Shown in pieces: positions 10,346-19,005 of a stretch of 64,000 bases of DNA (the first letter of the stretch is position 1; each line of letters starts with the position of its first letter). The DNA is from Planctomycetia bacterium (GTDB lineage Bacteria > Planctomycetota > Planctomycetia > Pirellulales > UBA1268). Below the pieces are notes generated by a model that was given only the letters and a program-made list of their open reading frames with translations, was not told the DNA's origin and did not search any database. Made by a program: the position numbers and the translations under genes. The stretch covers positions 5,496 to 69,495 of the forward strand of contig JAIOPD010000050.1 of assembly GCA_021414115.1 (NCBI GenBank), read 5' to 3'.

Positions 10346-10879
10346 TTAGTTATGGTCGTGATCTTCGTGGTGCCCTTCTGCGAAATCGCCCGCGAACGGG
10401 GTTCCGCCCACCTCGCCGCTGATCGTGCCGGCGAACTCCCTGACGACCCCAAGGCTTTCGTGCATGCCGCCGTAACACGATGACGTGCCCTCGGCATCTC
10501 CGCTGAGCGGTCTGGCCACGAGCTCGACCTGGAACGCGGGTTCGCGGATGGTGAGCAGCAGCTTGCCATCCGCCGTCTTCACTGGAGATGGCGTCTTCAT
10601 GTCAGCGCCCAGCACATAGACGACGGCCTCTTTTTTGTCGTGGTCGACCGTGAACTCCACGTGGTACTTTCCGCCTCCCCAGTCAGCGAGCGTGCCATCG
10701 TGGGGGCCGGCCCCATGCTCGTGGTTATGTTCACCATCGTGTGAATGGCCATGGTCTGAGGCCTTCGCCGCAGCCGCCTTCGCGGGTGCTTTCGGTGGCG
10801 TTGGGGCCTGTGAACATCCCACTGACGAGATGGCTGTGGCGAGGATCGCAACAGCCGTGAGAACCATCGGTCGAGTCAT
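10346..10879 (-). CDS. His-rich lipoprotein, candidate periplasmic metal-binding accessory protein
   Basis: 177-aa ORF with a lipobox-like AISSVGC after a signal peptide. It has the His clusters DHGHSHDGEHNHEHGAGPH and C-terminal EGHHEDHDHN. It sits between RND pump 2 and the OMF. Confidence 0.8.
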   Translation of the reverse strand: MTRPMVLTAVAILATAISSVGCSQAPTPPKAPAKAAAAKASDHGHSHDGEHNHEHGAGPHDGTLADWGGGKYHVEFTVDHDKKEAVVYVLGADMKTPSPVKTADGKLLLTIREPAFQVELVARPLSGDAEGTSSCYGGMHESLGVVREFAGTISGEVGGTPFAGDFAEGHHEDHDHN

Positions 10880-10935
10880 GCTTCCATCTCCTCATCAAGG
10901 TTTCGGCCGGCACGGTTACGCAACGGTGCCTCATG

Positions 10936-13900
10936 TCATCGCTCGTCTTCGTCGAGGTTCTCCTCGTCATTGCCGCGTGCTCGAGCGAGCCGCATGGCAT
11001 CCTGGCCACTGAACCTCCAGAACAGACCCGGGTGAATCAGGAATTCGCAGAACGTCGAGGTCACGAGGCCCCCGAGAATCACCGTGGCCACTGGATACAG
11101 AATTTCGCGTCCCGGCTCCTGGCCACCGATCACCAGCGGCACGAGTCCGATGCCGGCCGTCAGGGCGGTCATGAGAACCGGCGCGAGTCGCTCGAGGCTG
11201 CCTCGCAGTACCATCTGCCGGGAAAAGGTTTCACCCTCGTCCTGCATAAGGTGGAAGTAGTGCGTCACGAGCAGGATGCCATTGCGGACAGCGATGCCGC
11301 CGAGCGAGATGAACCCCACGAGGCTCGCCACAGAAAGCGGCTGATGGGTGATCGCGAGCGCGAAGGCGCCGCCAATGAAGGCGGTGGGTAAAGCATTGAG
11401 CAACTGAAGCACAATTCGCACCGATGGATAGAGAATCATCAGGACGACGAACATCCCGGCGACGGATAGACCCGCGAGGACGACGATCAGCGTCGTGGCA
11501 CGCTGTTGACTCTCGAACTGACCGCCGTATTCGATGAAATAACCCTCGGGCAAGTCCACACGTTGCCGGACCCGGGACTGGATCTCGGCAACGGCGCTCG
11601 AGAGGTCGCGATCCTGCGTGTTGCAGCGGACGACAATCCGGCGGCGGGCGTTTTCGCGATTCACCGCATTGGGGCTCGTGCCCTCACCGATATCGGCAAG
11701 CTCCCGCAGTTCGATCTGCCCTCGCTCGTCCGGCAGATCGATCCGGAGGCGGCCGAGGTTCGCATAATCTGTCCGGTAGCCCTCCTCGAGCCGCACGAGG
11801 AGATCGAAGCGACGTTGACCCTCGAGCACCTGCGAGACCACCTCGCCTTGCAACGCCGTTTGGAGAATCCGAGCGACATGCTCGCGGGTTACGCCGTGGA
11901 AGGCGAGATCATCCGGACGCAGTCGGATGTTCAGTTCCTCGGCCTGCTGGATCGGCTCGATCACCGGTGGGGTTACGCCAGGTACCGACTGGATGGCCGA
12001 CTTGATCCGGTCGGCAGCCTGTATGAGCACGTCGAGGTCGTCGCCGTGCACCTTGATCGCGATCTGGGCGTAGACGCCTGACACCATGTGGCTGATGAGA
12101 TGGGCCAACGGCTGCTCGACCTCGATGGACACGCCGGGGACCTCACTGCCGAGTTCAGCGAGCAGTTCCTTGATGATCTCGTCACGGTGCCGCCCGCAGT
12201 TCGGGTTGATGCTCAGGATGTATTCGCCCGCGTTCACCGGCGAGGCGTGTTCATCCATCTCCGCGCGACCTGTTCGGCGCACAAAATGAACGATCTCACC
12301 GTCTGGGCGATCGTCGGTTTTCTGGAGCGACCGCAGTTTCGCGTCAATGAGCGACGACATGCGGTTGGAGGCGTCGAGCGACGAACCAGGCGGGAGCGTC
12401 ACGTTCACCTGCACACTGCCCTCGTCGAACGGCGGCAGGAAGTCTCGCCCCAGCCTGGAGAGTTCCCATCCGGCGAACGCCACGCCCAGCCACGTCACTA
12501 CGAGGAGCAGGCCCGGCACTGCCATGCTGAACTGAATCAGCGGTGTCGCCAGGGATTTCAGGATCCGCAGGAGCAACCCGTCCTGCTCGTGGTGCGTCGC
12601 CTGCGACTGCGGCAGCAGGTAGTACGACAGGACGGGCGTCACGGTCAGTGATACGAGCAGCGACGCGAGGATCGACACGATGTAGGCCACACCCAGCGGC
12701 GCGAACAGGCGGCCTTCGACTCCAGAGAGGGCGAACAGCGGCAGGAAAACGAGGATCACGACTGCCGTGCCGAACACGATGGCACTGCGGATCTCGCGGC
12801 TGGCGTCGTAGACGACGCGGAGTGCCGGCTTCGGCTCGGGGAGGGCGTTGTTCTCCTTGAGCCGCCGAAAGATGTTTTCTACGTCAACGATGGCATCGTC
12901 AACGAGTTCGCCCATCGCAACAGCGATACCGCCAAGAGTCATCACGTTGATGGAGAGCTGCGTGCCAGTCAGCATTCCTGCGATCCGGAACACGAGCGTC
13001 GTGATGACGAGTGACAGCGGGATGGCCGTCAGCGTGATGAATGTTGTCCGCAGATTCATGAGGAACAGAAACAGCACGATCAGTACGAGCACCGCCCCGA
13101 TGACGAGCGCTTCACCGACGTTGAAGATGCCCCGGTCGATGAAGTTCTTGAGCCGGAAAAGCTCGGAGTTCACGACGACTTCGGCCGGCAAGGCGGCCTC
13201 CACCTCCCGAAACGCATCGGTGATCCGATCGGTGAGAGCTCGTGTATCGACGTGGGGCTGTTTTGCGATCGTGAACACGACGCCGGGCACGCCGTTGATG
13301 GCACCGTCGCCGCGTTTGAACTGAGGACCCTCGACGATGTCGGCCACCTGGCCCAGAAGGACGGTGCGCTTGGGGTGGGCGGCGACCGGGACCTTACGGA
13401 GATCCTCGAGCACACGAGCCGAGTCCGGACCGAGCCGTCCCAGCACGCGAATTGGTCGCTCTTGCTCGCCTTGGACGGCGAAGCCGCCGCTCGAGTTGAT
13501 GTTGCTATCACGCAAGGCCTGCTCGACCATCTGCAGCGACACGCCGTACTCGAGCATGGCCGCTGGATCGGCAAGGATCTGGTACTGCTTGCGGTCGCCG
13601 CCTTGAATGAACACCTCGGCGACGCCGGGGATTTTCAGGAGGCGGGGCCGTACGACCCAGTCTGCGGTGGTGCGTAGGTTCATCGACTGCTGGAGCTTCG
13701 TGGGAAATACCACCTCGTGCTCACGGCCGGCGATCGTAAGCGAGGCTGTACGCGAGGTTCCCGCCTGGCCGCCGTCATCGGGGGCAACCGCGGGCGTGAT
13801 CCACCGCAGCTTCTCCACCGGAACCTGTTCCCACGTGGCGGGGCGATGGCGGTCGATAACCCTCCACGCATGCACGGACGGCTTTCCATCATCGCTGGCC

Positions 13901-14400
13901 AGTTCGGCCACGTAGGACGTCCCGGCTACCGCAGCAATATCGCCGCCGGTGGGGCCCGGCTGGCGGTACATGCCTGCGACCACGATCTGCCCCATGATCG
14001 AGGACGTAGGCGTCATCTGCGGACGTATCCCCTCGGGGAGAATGGCGGCGACCGTCGTCAGCCGTTCCTGCACCGTCTGCCGAGCTGCGCGAACCTCGAC
14101 GTCCCAGTTGAACTCCACGTAGATCACGTTCAGTCCCGCCGTGGATTGGCTGCGCACGGCCTCCACGCCATTCGCTCCGAGCAGGGCGATTTCGATGGGC
14201 TGCGTGACGAGCGTCTCCACCTCCTCGGCCGCCAGACCTGGGCACTCCGTGATGATCACGACCCGTGGCCGGTCAAGATCGGGAAACACATCGATGGGCA
14301 TGAGCGTCGCCAAGTAGCTGCCGTAGAAGAGCAGCACGAGGCTCGCCACCACCACGAGCAGGCGGTATCGCAGGGCGAAGCGGATGACGGCGTTGAGCAT
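10936..14400 (-). CDS. CusA/CzcA-family heavy-metal efflux RND transporter (pump 2, with insertion in a periplasmic loop)
   Basis: 1154-aa ORF. The N-terminus (IRFALRYRLLVVVASLVLLFYGSYLATLMPIDVFPDLDRPRVVIITE) and TM-rich blocks are typical of HME-RND pumps. Confidence 0.95.
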   Translation of the reverse strand: MLNAVIRFALRYRLLVVVASLVLLFYGSYLATLMPIDVFPDLDRPRVVIITECPGLAAEEVETLVTQPIEIALLGANGVEAVRSQSTAGLNVIYVEFNWDVEVRAARQTVQERLTTVAAILPEGIRPQMTPTSSIMGQIVVAGMYRQPGPTGGDIAAVAGTSYVAELASDDGKPSVHAWRVIDRHRPATWEQVPVEKLRWITPAVAPDDGGQAGTSRTASLTIAGREHEVVFPTKLQQSMNLRTTADWVVRPRLLKIPGVAEVFIQGGDRKQYQILADPAAMLEYGVSLQMVEQALRDSNINSSGGFAVQGEQERPIRVLGRLGPDSARVLEDLRKVPVAAHPKRTVLLGQVADIVEGPQFKRGDGAINGVPGVVFTIAKQPHVDTRALTDRITDAFREVEAALPAEVVVNSELFRLKNFIDRGIFNVGEALVIGAVLVLIVLFLFLMNLRTTFITLTAIPLSLVITTLVFRIAGMLTGTQLSINVMTLGGIAVAMGELVDDAIVDVENIFRRLKENNALPEPKPALRVVYDASREIRSAIVFGTAVVILVFLPLFALSGVEGRLFAPLGVAYIVSILASLLVSLTVTPVLSYYLLPQSQATHHEQDGLLLRILKSLATPLIQFSMAVPGLLLVVTWLGVAFAGWELSRLGRDFLPPFDEGSVQVNVTLPPGSSLDASNRMSSLIDAKLRSLQKTDDRPDGEIVHFVRRTGRAEMDEHASPVNAGEYILSINPNCGRHRDEIIKELLAELGSEVPGVSIEVEQPLAHLISHMVSGVYAQIAIKVHGDDLDVLIQAADRIKSAIQSVPGVTPPVIEPIQQAEELNIRLRPDDLAFHGVTREHVARILQTALQGEVVSQVLEGQRRFDLLVRLEEGYRTDYANLGRLRIDLPDERGQIELRELADIGEGTSPNAVNRENARRRIVVRCNTQDRDLSSAVAEIQSRVRQRVDLPEGYFIEYGGQFESQQRATTLIVVLAGLSVAGMFVVLMILYPSVRIVLQLLNALPTAFIGGAFALAITHQPLSVASLVGFISLGGIAVRNGILLVTHYFHLMQDEGETFSRQMVLRGSLERLAPVLMTALTAGIGLVPLVIGGQEPGREILYPVATVILGGLVTSTFCEFLIHPGLFWRFSGQDAMRLARARGNDEENLDEDER

Positions 14401-14408
14401 GGCGTGTC

Positions 14409-15812
14409 CTAGTGGGCTCCGTGCACGGTGCCGTCAGCGTGGACGTGTACGCCCACCGGTGTGCCGCTGGCGGACTGGGCCTTGAGTACCCGGTTGAGCG
14501 ACGCTGCCGACCCCTGTGCCAGATACCATCCGGGCGCTACGCTGCCGTCGTTGGCGATGGCGACATTGAGCCGATCCTCATGCAGCACGCGAACAGGGCG
14601 TCGGTCGAAAAGATCGCCGTTCTGTCGGAACACATAGGCCTCTGGGCCCTCCCGCACGACCGCCGCGGCCGGCAGCACGAGCACATCCTTGAGTTCTTCC
14701 ACTGGCACGTGCAGCCGCACCCGCTGGCCGGGCCGAAAACGCCAGACGACGAACGTCTTGCCGTCCTTCGCATAGGAGCGGGACTGGTTGGTCAGTGGCA
14801 CGAAGAAATCAAACGTCCGGCTCGTGGGATCGACGGTGTTGGAGAGGTGCCGGATCTCGAACGTCTGGTCAAGTGCCGGCCACGACGCCGCATCGTCCTC
14901 GGCGAACTCGACCCGGATCGGCCAGTGCGCTTGAGCGGCCCGCTCGAGTGACGAGGCCTCTCGTTTGAAGGCGTGACCGGCGATGTAGAGCAGACCATGG
15001 TTCGAGAGTACCCCCAGGAGCTGGCCTGCCTGCACCTGCGTTCCGAGGTCCACTTTCAGTTCCTGGATCTCATACGCGATGTCCGCAGCCGGTGGGGTGG
15101 GGACCGACGCCTGTGATGCGGATGGGGCCGCGATGGGCGGCGGCGCGACCACGTCCACCGTGGCGACGAACTTGCCAGCCGCCACCTGTGCGATCTGGTC
15201 GAGGCTGAGGCCCCGGGTCAGCAAGTCTTGCCGGTAGCTTTCACTCGCCGCCTGAAGCCGACGGAGCTGCTGATCGACCTCGATGATACGCACCTGTGGA
15301 ATCGCGCCCTCGCCGATCTGGGCGAGACGCTGCCGCTTTTCGGTCTCGAGCTCGATGTCGCGGGTGACTTTGAACAGCTCCGACTGGGTGTTGTGGATGT
15401 ACTCGCTCACCAGCCGCAGCGTGAAGAGCCTGTCCCCGGGCCGTACGGTGTCGCCAGCGAATGCATGGATTTGCGTCACCACGCCCACGGCCGGCGACGT
15501 CACGCCTCGGTCCGAAAGCCCCGGCCGGTCCATGATCTGGCCCGGCACGATGATCGATCGCCAGTAGGTCGAGAGTTTCGCGGGACGTGAGACCAGCTTG
15601 AGATTCTGTCGGGCCTGCGGGCTCAACTCGAGCACCTTGGCCTGAGAAACCGGCTCATCATCGCCAGTAGCAGTCGCAGTCGGCTCTTCGGCGTGCGGCG
15701 ACTGCAGGAGCGGCAGCCACACGTCTCGATACCATGCACCAGCGGCGATCAGGCCGCCAAGAATCGCGAGCGTGAGCATCCCGCGGATGAATCGAACGAA
15801 GGCTTTGAGCAT
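14409..15812 (-). CDS. Efflux RND periplasmic adaptor subunit (HlyD/MFP family)
   Basis: The ORF extends to 15935; the likely start is MLKAFVRFIRGMLTLAILGG (TM anchor) at 15812. It has lipoyl-like (AGDTVRPGDRLFTL) and beta-barrel segments, and it ends 8 nt before pump 2. Confidence 0.88.
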   Translation of the reverse strand: MLKAFVRFIRGMLTLAILGGLIAAGAWYRDVWLPLLQSPHAEEPTATATGDDEPVSQAKVLELSPQARQNLKLVSRPAKLSTYWRSIIVPGQIMDRPGLSDRGVTSPAVGVVTQIHAFAGDTVRPGDRLFTLRLVSEYIHNTQSELFKVTRDIELETEKRQRLAQIGEGAIPQVRIIEVDQQLRRLQAASESYRQDLLTRGLSLDQIAQVAAGKFVATVDVVAPPPIAAPSASQASVPTPPAADIAYEIQELKVDLGTQVQAGQLLGVLSNHGLLYIAGHAFKREASSLERAAQAHWPIRVEFAEDDAASWPALDQTFEIRHLSNTVDPTSRTFDFFVPLTNQSRSYAKDGKTFVVWRFRPGQRVRLHVPVEELKDVLVLPAAAVVREGPEAYVFRQNGDLFDRRPVRVLHEDRLNVAIANDGSVAPGWYLAQGSAASLNRVLKAQSASGTPVGVHVHADGTVHGAH

Positions 15813-15953
15813 GCAACACTCGCGTATGGGGGGCATCGAGCGAGAAACAGGCGGCGGGATCATCGTCGTGTAGGAGCCGCCAAGAGGCGGTCTGCCATCG
15901 CAGCTACGGGGCGGATCGCCACCGAGCCGGCGCACCGGAAGAAGGTTTCGCGA

Positions 15954-16439
15954 TCAAACGCGAAGCACGTGCGGCAAGAGTGTGTGGATCGTCGCTGCGC
16001 CGTCGCCGGGTGGGCGAACGTGCCGGGGTAGCGGGGCAATAGCTGACAGCGAAACGACAAACCCGTGGGGCGGAGGCATGAACCAGCCCGCGATGACATG
16101 CGGCAGCAGCGACCGCCCGGCTGAAACGAAAATCACGGTGTCTTCGTCGACATAGACCGCATCGTCATCATGCTCAGGAACAGGCGTCGAGTCGTGGTGA
16201 TCAGCGCGAGCGTGTTCGGGACCGGTGTCGCGGTGGACATGCCGATGGCCGTGACCATGCCCGTGTCCTGCGCGATGGTGGACGTGTGTCGGAGCGTGGC
16301 GATCGGCGTGCCCTGCCAGATGGACGTGCGGCCGAACCGCGTGGTCCGCCGGATCGGCTGACGCGGCGTGTACGTGCGGCACCGCCACTCCGCGGAGCAG
16401 CAGGTTGGCGATCACGAGGATGACAGGCAGCAGACGCAT
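15954..16439 (-). CDS. Extremely His-rich small protein with N-terminal signal/TM, first gene of RND module 2
   Basis: 161-aa ORF with about 25 His by my count, including PHVH, PHVHLAGHADRHAPTHVHHRAGHGHGHGHRHVH. Third-position G/C bias is good when read codon by codon. Confidence 0.6.
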   Translation of the reverse strand: MRLLPVILVIANLLLRGVAVPHVHAASADPADHAVRPHVHLAGHADRHAPTHVHHRAGHGHGHGHRHVHRDTGPEHARADHHDSTPVPEHDDDAVYVDEDTVIFVSAGRSLLPHVIAGWFMPPPHGFVVSLSAIAPLPRHVRPPGDGAATIHTLLPHVLRV

Positions 16440-16571
16440 AGACAGGCTGAAGGAGGGAGCCGTACTGAAAAGTCTATAGCCCCGAGTTCAGCTCGCACCA
16501 AGTGCAATTGCTCGAGGTGCACTTATCTCGGGTGAAACATCGCGCCGCGGCAGCGGCACGGCCGGGTGCGA

Positions 16572-17378
16572 TCAAGGCGAGACTGTCGACGCGTCGACAT
16601 CAGGCGCCGAGTCGGTCCCGACGAGATCCGACTCGTCTCGGCCGAAAATCAGAAACGCAATCGCCATGTAGCACTTCGCCGAATCCTTGAGGCCCATCGG
16701 GCGTCGCATCTGGCCGTGCAGAATCGCATGCCGGCACCAGTAGTCCGGATCTGCGCAGCGATTGAGCGTCGAGTCCTTCTGAAGGGAGCCGAAGCCGGAG
16801 ACGAATCGGCTGGCGAACGAAGTGACGCGAACGCCGGACGGTCTTCGCATGGCCATAGCCGGCTTCGTGCAGTTTTTGGATTGACGTTTGGTGGTGAAGT
16901 CTGCGCCTTCGTAGAGGTATCTCGACAACTCATCGAGCAACGGAATGCCGATGAAGGTCGCTTCCTCATAGCGCCCCTCATGGTGGTGGTCGAGAAAGAG
17001 CTGAAAACGTGTGATGCAATATGTGGGCACGTTCTGCTCGTTGAGCCATTGGGCAGCCTTCTCGGGAAGGAGGCGAGGCATGTTGTCGAGTATCGTTCGG
17101 TCGACCATTTCCCAGTCGTGGGCCTCGATGAATCGCGCTAGTTGATGCACGAGCGTGCAAGGTTCCCGACCGGTCAGATACCAGCCTCGCTGCGGCAGGG
17201 CCTGAACCACTGTCTCGGAATCCTTGAGCCAGCGTGCGTTTGCGGCCTCGACGTCGCGCCACAGTCGCTGGCTGGATTCGATCGCAGCAGCCATTGCCGA
17301 CCGCGCGGCCGCCGTCTCTCGGGCGAACTCGTCGTGGACGCGGCGAAACGGGGCGAGATAATCCTTCGGGTTGAACAT
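16572..17378 (-). CDS. Hypothetical protein with HEPN-like Rx4H motif, last gene of the R-M transcription unit
   Basis: 268-aa ORF starting 24 nt after the hsdM stop. It contains CRHAILHGQ (R-x4-H), preceded by the helical segment EGRYEEATFIGIPLLDELSRYLY. Confidence 0.75.
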   Translation of the reverse strand: MFNPKDYLAPFRRVHDEFARETAAARSAMAAAIESSQRLWRDVEAANARWLKDSETVVQALPQRGWYLTGREPCTLVHQLARFIEAHDWEMVDRTILDNMPRLLPEKAAQWLNEQNVPTYCITRFQLFLDHHHEGRYEEATFIGIPLLDELSRYLYEGADFTTKRQSKNCTKPAMAMRRPSGVRVTSFASRFVSGFGSLQKDSTLNRCADPDYWCRHAILHGQMRRPMGLKDSAKCYMAIAFLIFGRDESDLVGTDSAPDVDASTVSP

Positions 17379-17402
17379 CTGGGGGTAGGCGCGAGGCGAC
17401 GC

Positions 17403-18869
17403 CTATGAATTTGGCGAGAGGCTTGACGCGATCTCAGCGAACTGGTCGAGGGCGGCGGCGAGGTCTTCGGCGATCTCGGTGGCGATCACGTCGGGCGGTG
17501 GCAGGTTGGCCGACTCCTCGAGGCTCTCGTCCTTGAGCCAGAAGATGTCGAGGTTTGCCTTGTCGCGCTTCGACAGTTCATCGAACGAAAATGCCTTAAA
17601 TCGCTCGGTCTCCTTGCGGGCCGTGCGGTCGGCGGCGTGGTAGCACGTCACGAAATCGTCGAGATCGCCGCGGGTGAGCGGGTTCTCCTTGAGCGTGAAG
17701 TGCATGTTGGTCCGCAGGTCGTAGATCCAGAGTTTTTCAGTCCACGGCTGCTCGCGGGCCGGCTTACGGTCGAAGAACACCACGTTCGCCTTCACGCCTT
17801 GGGCATAAAAGATGCCGGTCGGCAGCCGCAGGAGCGTGTGGACGTCGGCCTGCTGGAGCAGTTCGCGGCGGATCGTCTCGCCGGCCCCGCCCTCGAAGAG
17901 CACGTTGTCGGGCAGCACCACCGCGGCCCGGCCATGCTGCTTCAGGATCGTGAAGATGTGCTGGAGAAAGTTGAGCTGCTTGTTGCTCGTCGTGGCCCAA
18001 AAGTCATCGCGGTTGATGACGAGCGTTTCGCGGTCCTCCTCGCCCGCCTCGTTCACGATCCGCACGCTGCTCTTCTTGCCGAACGGCGGATTGGCGAGCA
18101 CAACGCCGTATTCGCCGTGCTTCCCACCAAGCGCGTCCTTCGTGAAGATCGGGGGCTCCGATTCGCCCTCGCCGCCGATGCCGTGGAGCAGCAGGTTCAT
18201 CGCGCAGAGCCGTGAGACGCTGTCCACCAGTTCGACGCCAAAAAGCGTGCCGCTCTTGAGCTTCTTCTTCTGGGCCTTGTCGAGAGCGTGGTGCTTGGCG
18301 AGATAGTCGTGGGCGGCCAGCAGAAACCCGCCGGTGCCGGCGGCGGGGTCGCAGATCGTCTCGCCCGGGACGGGGGCGACGCAGTCCACCATCGCGGCGA
18401 TCAGGGCCCGGGGTGTGAAGTATTGGCCCGCGCCCCCCTTCACGTCTTCGGCGTTCTTCTGGAGGAGCCCTTCGTAGGCGTCGCCCTTCACGTCGGCCGA
18501 GAGGCTCGTCCACTGCTCCTTGTCGATGAGTTCGACGATCAGCCGGCGGAGCTTGGCCGGGTCTTGGATCTTGTTCTGTGCCTTTTTGAAGATCAGGCCG
18601 AGCATCCCCGGCTTCGTGCCGAGGGTTTCGAGCGTGTGGCGGTAGTGGGTTTCGAGTTCGTCGCCATCCTTCGTGAGCAGCGTGGCCCAGTCGAAGCCCT
18701 TGGGCGTGATCGCCGGCCGGGAGAAGGGAGGCTTCGTCTGTTCGTCGGCCATCTTGAGGAAGAGCAGGAACGTGAGCTGCTCGACGTAGTCGCCGTACGA
18801 CAGACCGTCGTCGCGGAGGATCGAGCAGTAGTTCCAGAGCTTGGCGACGAGCTGTTTGGCGTCGGACAT
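17403..18869 (-). CDS. hsdM: Type I restriction-modification system methyltransferase subunit M
   Basis: 488-aa ORF with the NPPFG catalytic motif (VLANPPFGKKS), the AdoMet motif region (ICDPAAGTGGFL), QYFTPR, and an N-terminal HsdM-N-like segment. Confidence 0.95.
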   Translation of the reverse strand: MSDAKQLVAKLWNYCSILRDDGLSYGDYVEQLTFLLFLKMADEQTKPPFSRPAITPKGFDWATLLTKDGDELETHYRHTLETLGTKPGMLGLIFKKAQNKIQDPAKLRRLIVELIDKEQWTSLSADVKGDAYEGLLQKNAEDVKGGAGQYFTPRALIAAMVDCVAPVPGETICDPAAGTGGFLLAAHDYLAKHHALDKAQKKKLKSGTLFGVELVDSVSRLCAMNLLLHGIGGEGESEPPIFTKDALGGKHGEYGVVLANPPFGKKSSVRIVNEAGEEDRETLVINRDDFWATTSNKQLNFLQHIFTILKQHGRAAVVLPDNVLFEGGAGETIRRELLQQADVHTLLRLPTGIFYAQGVKANVVFFDRKPAREQPWTEKLWIYDLRTNMHFTLKENPLTRGDLDDFVTCYHAADRTARKETERFKAFSFDELSKRDKANLDIFWLKDESLEESANLPPPDVIATEIAEDLAAALDQFAEIASSLSPNS

Positions 18870-19005
18870 GGCTTTGATGACTTCGAGGTTGATTCCAAAG
18901 GGGGCGTCGGGCTATCGTTCTAGGTGAGGACTGAACCGGACCTAAGTCCGGTGTAGGTCTTCCCTAGGGGCCTCCGAAAGGGGGCCCTTTCTTTTTTTGC
19001 CAGCG

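Noticed and set aside
16585-16598. Perfect 14-bp palindrome GTCGACGCGTCGAC
   Set aside because: It lies inside the 3' end of the HEPN-like CDS with no associated promoter or partner site. It is probably a chance palindrome in G+C-rich DNA.
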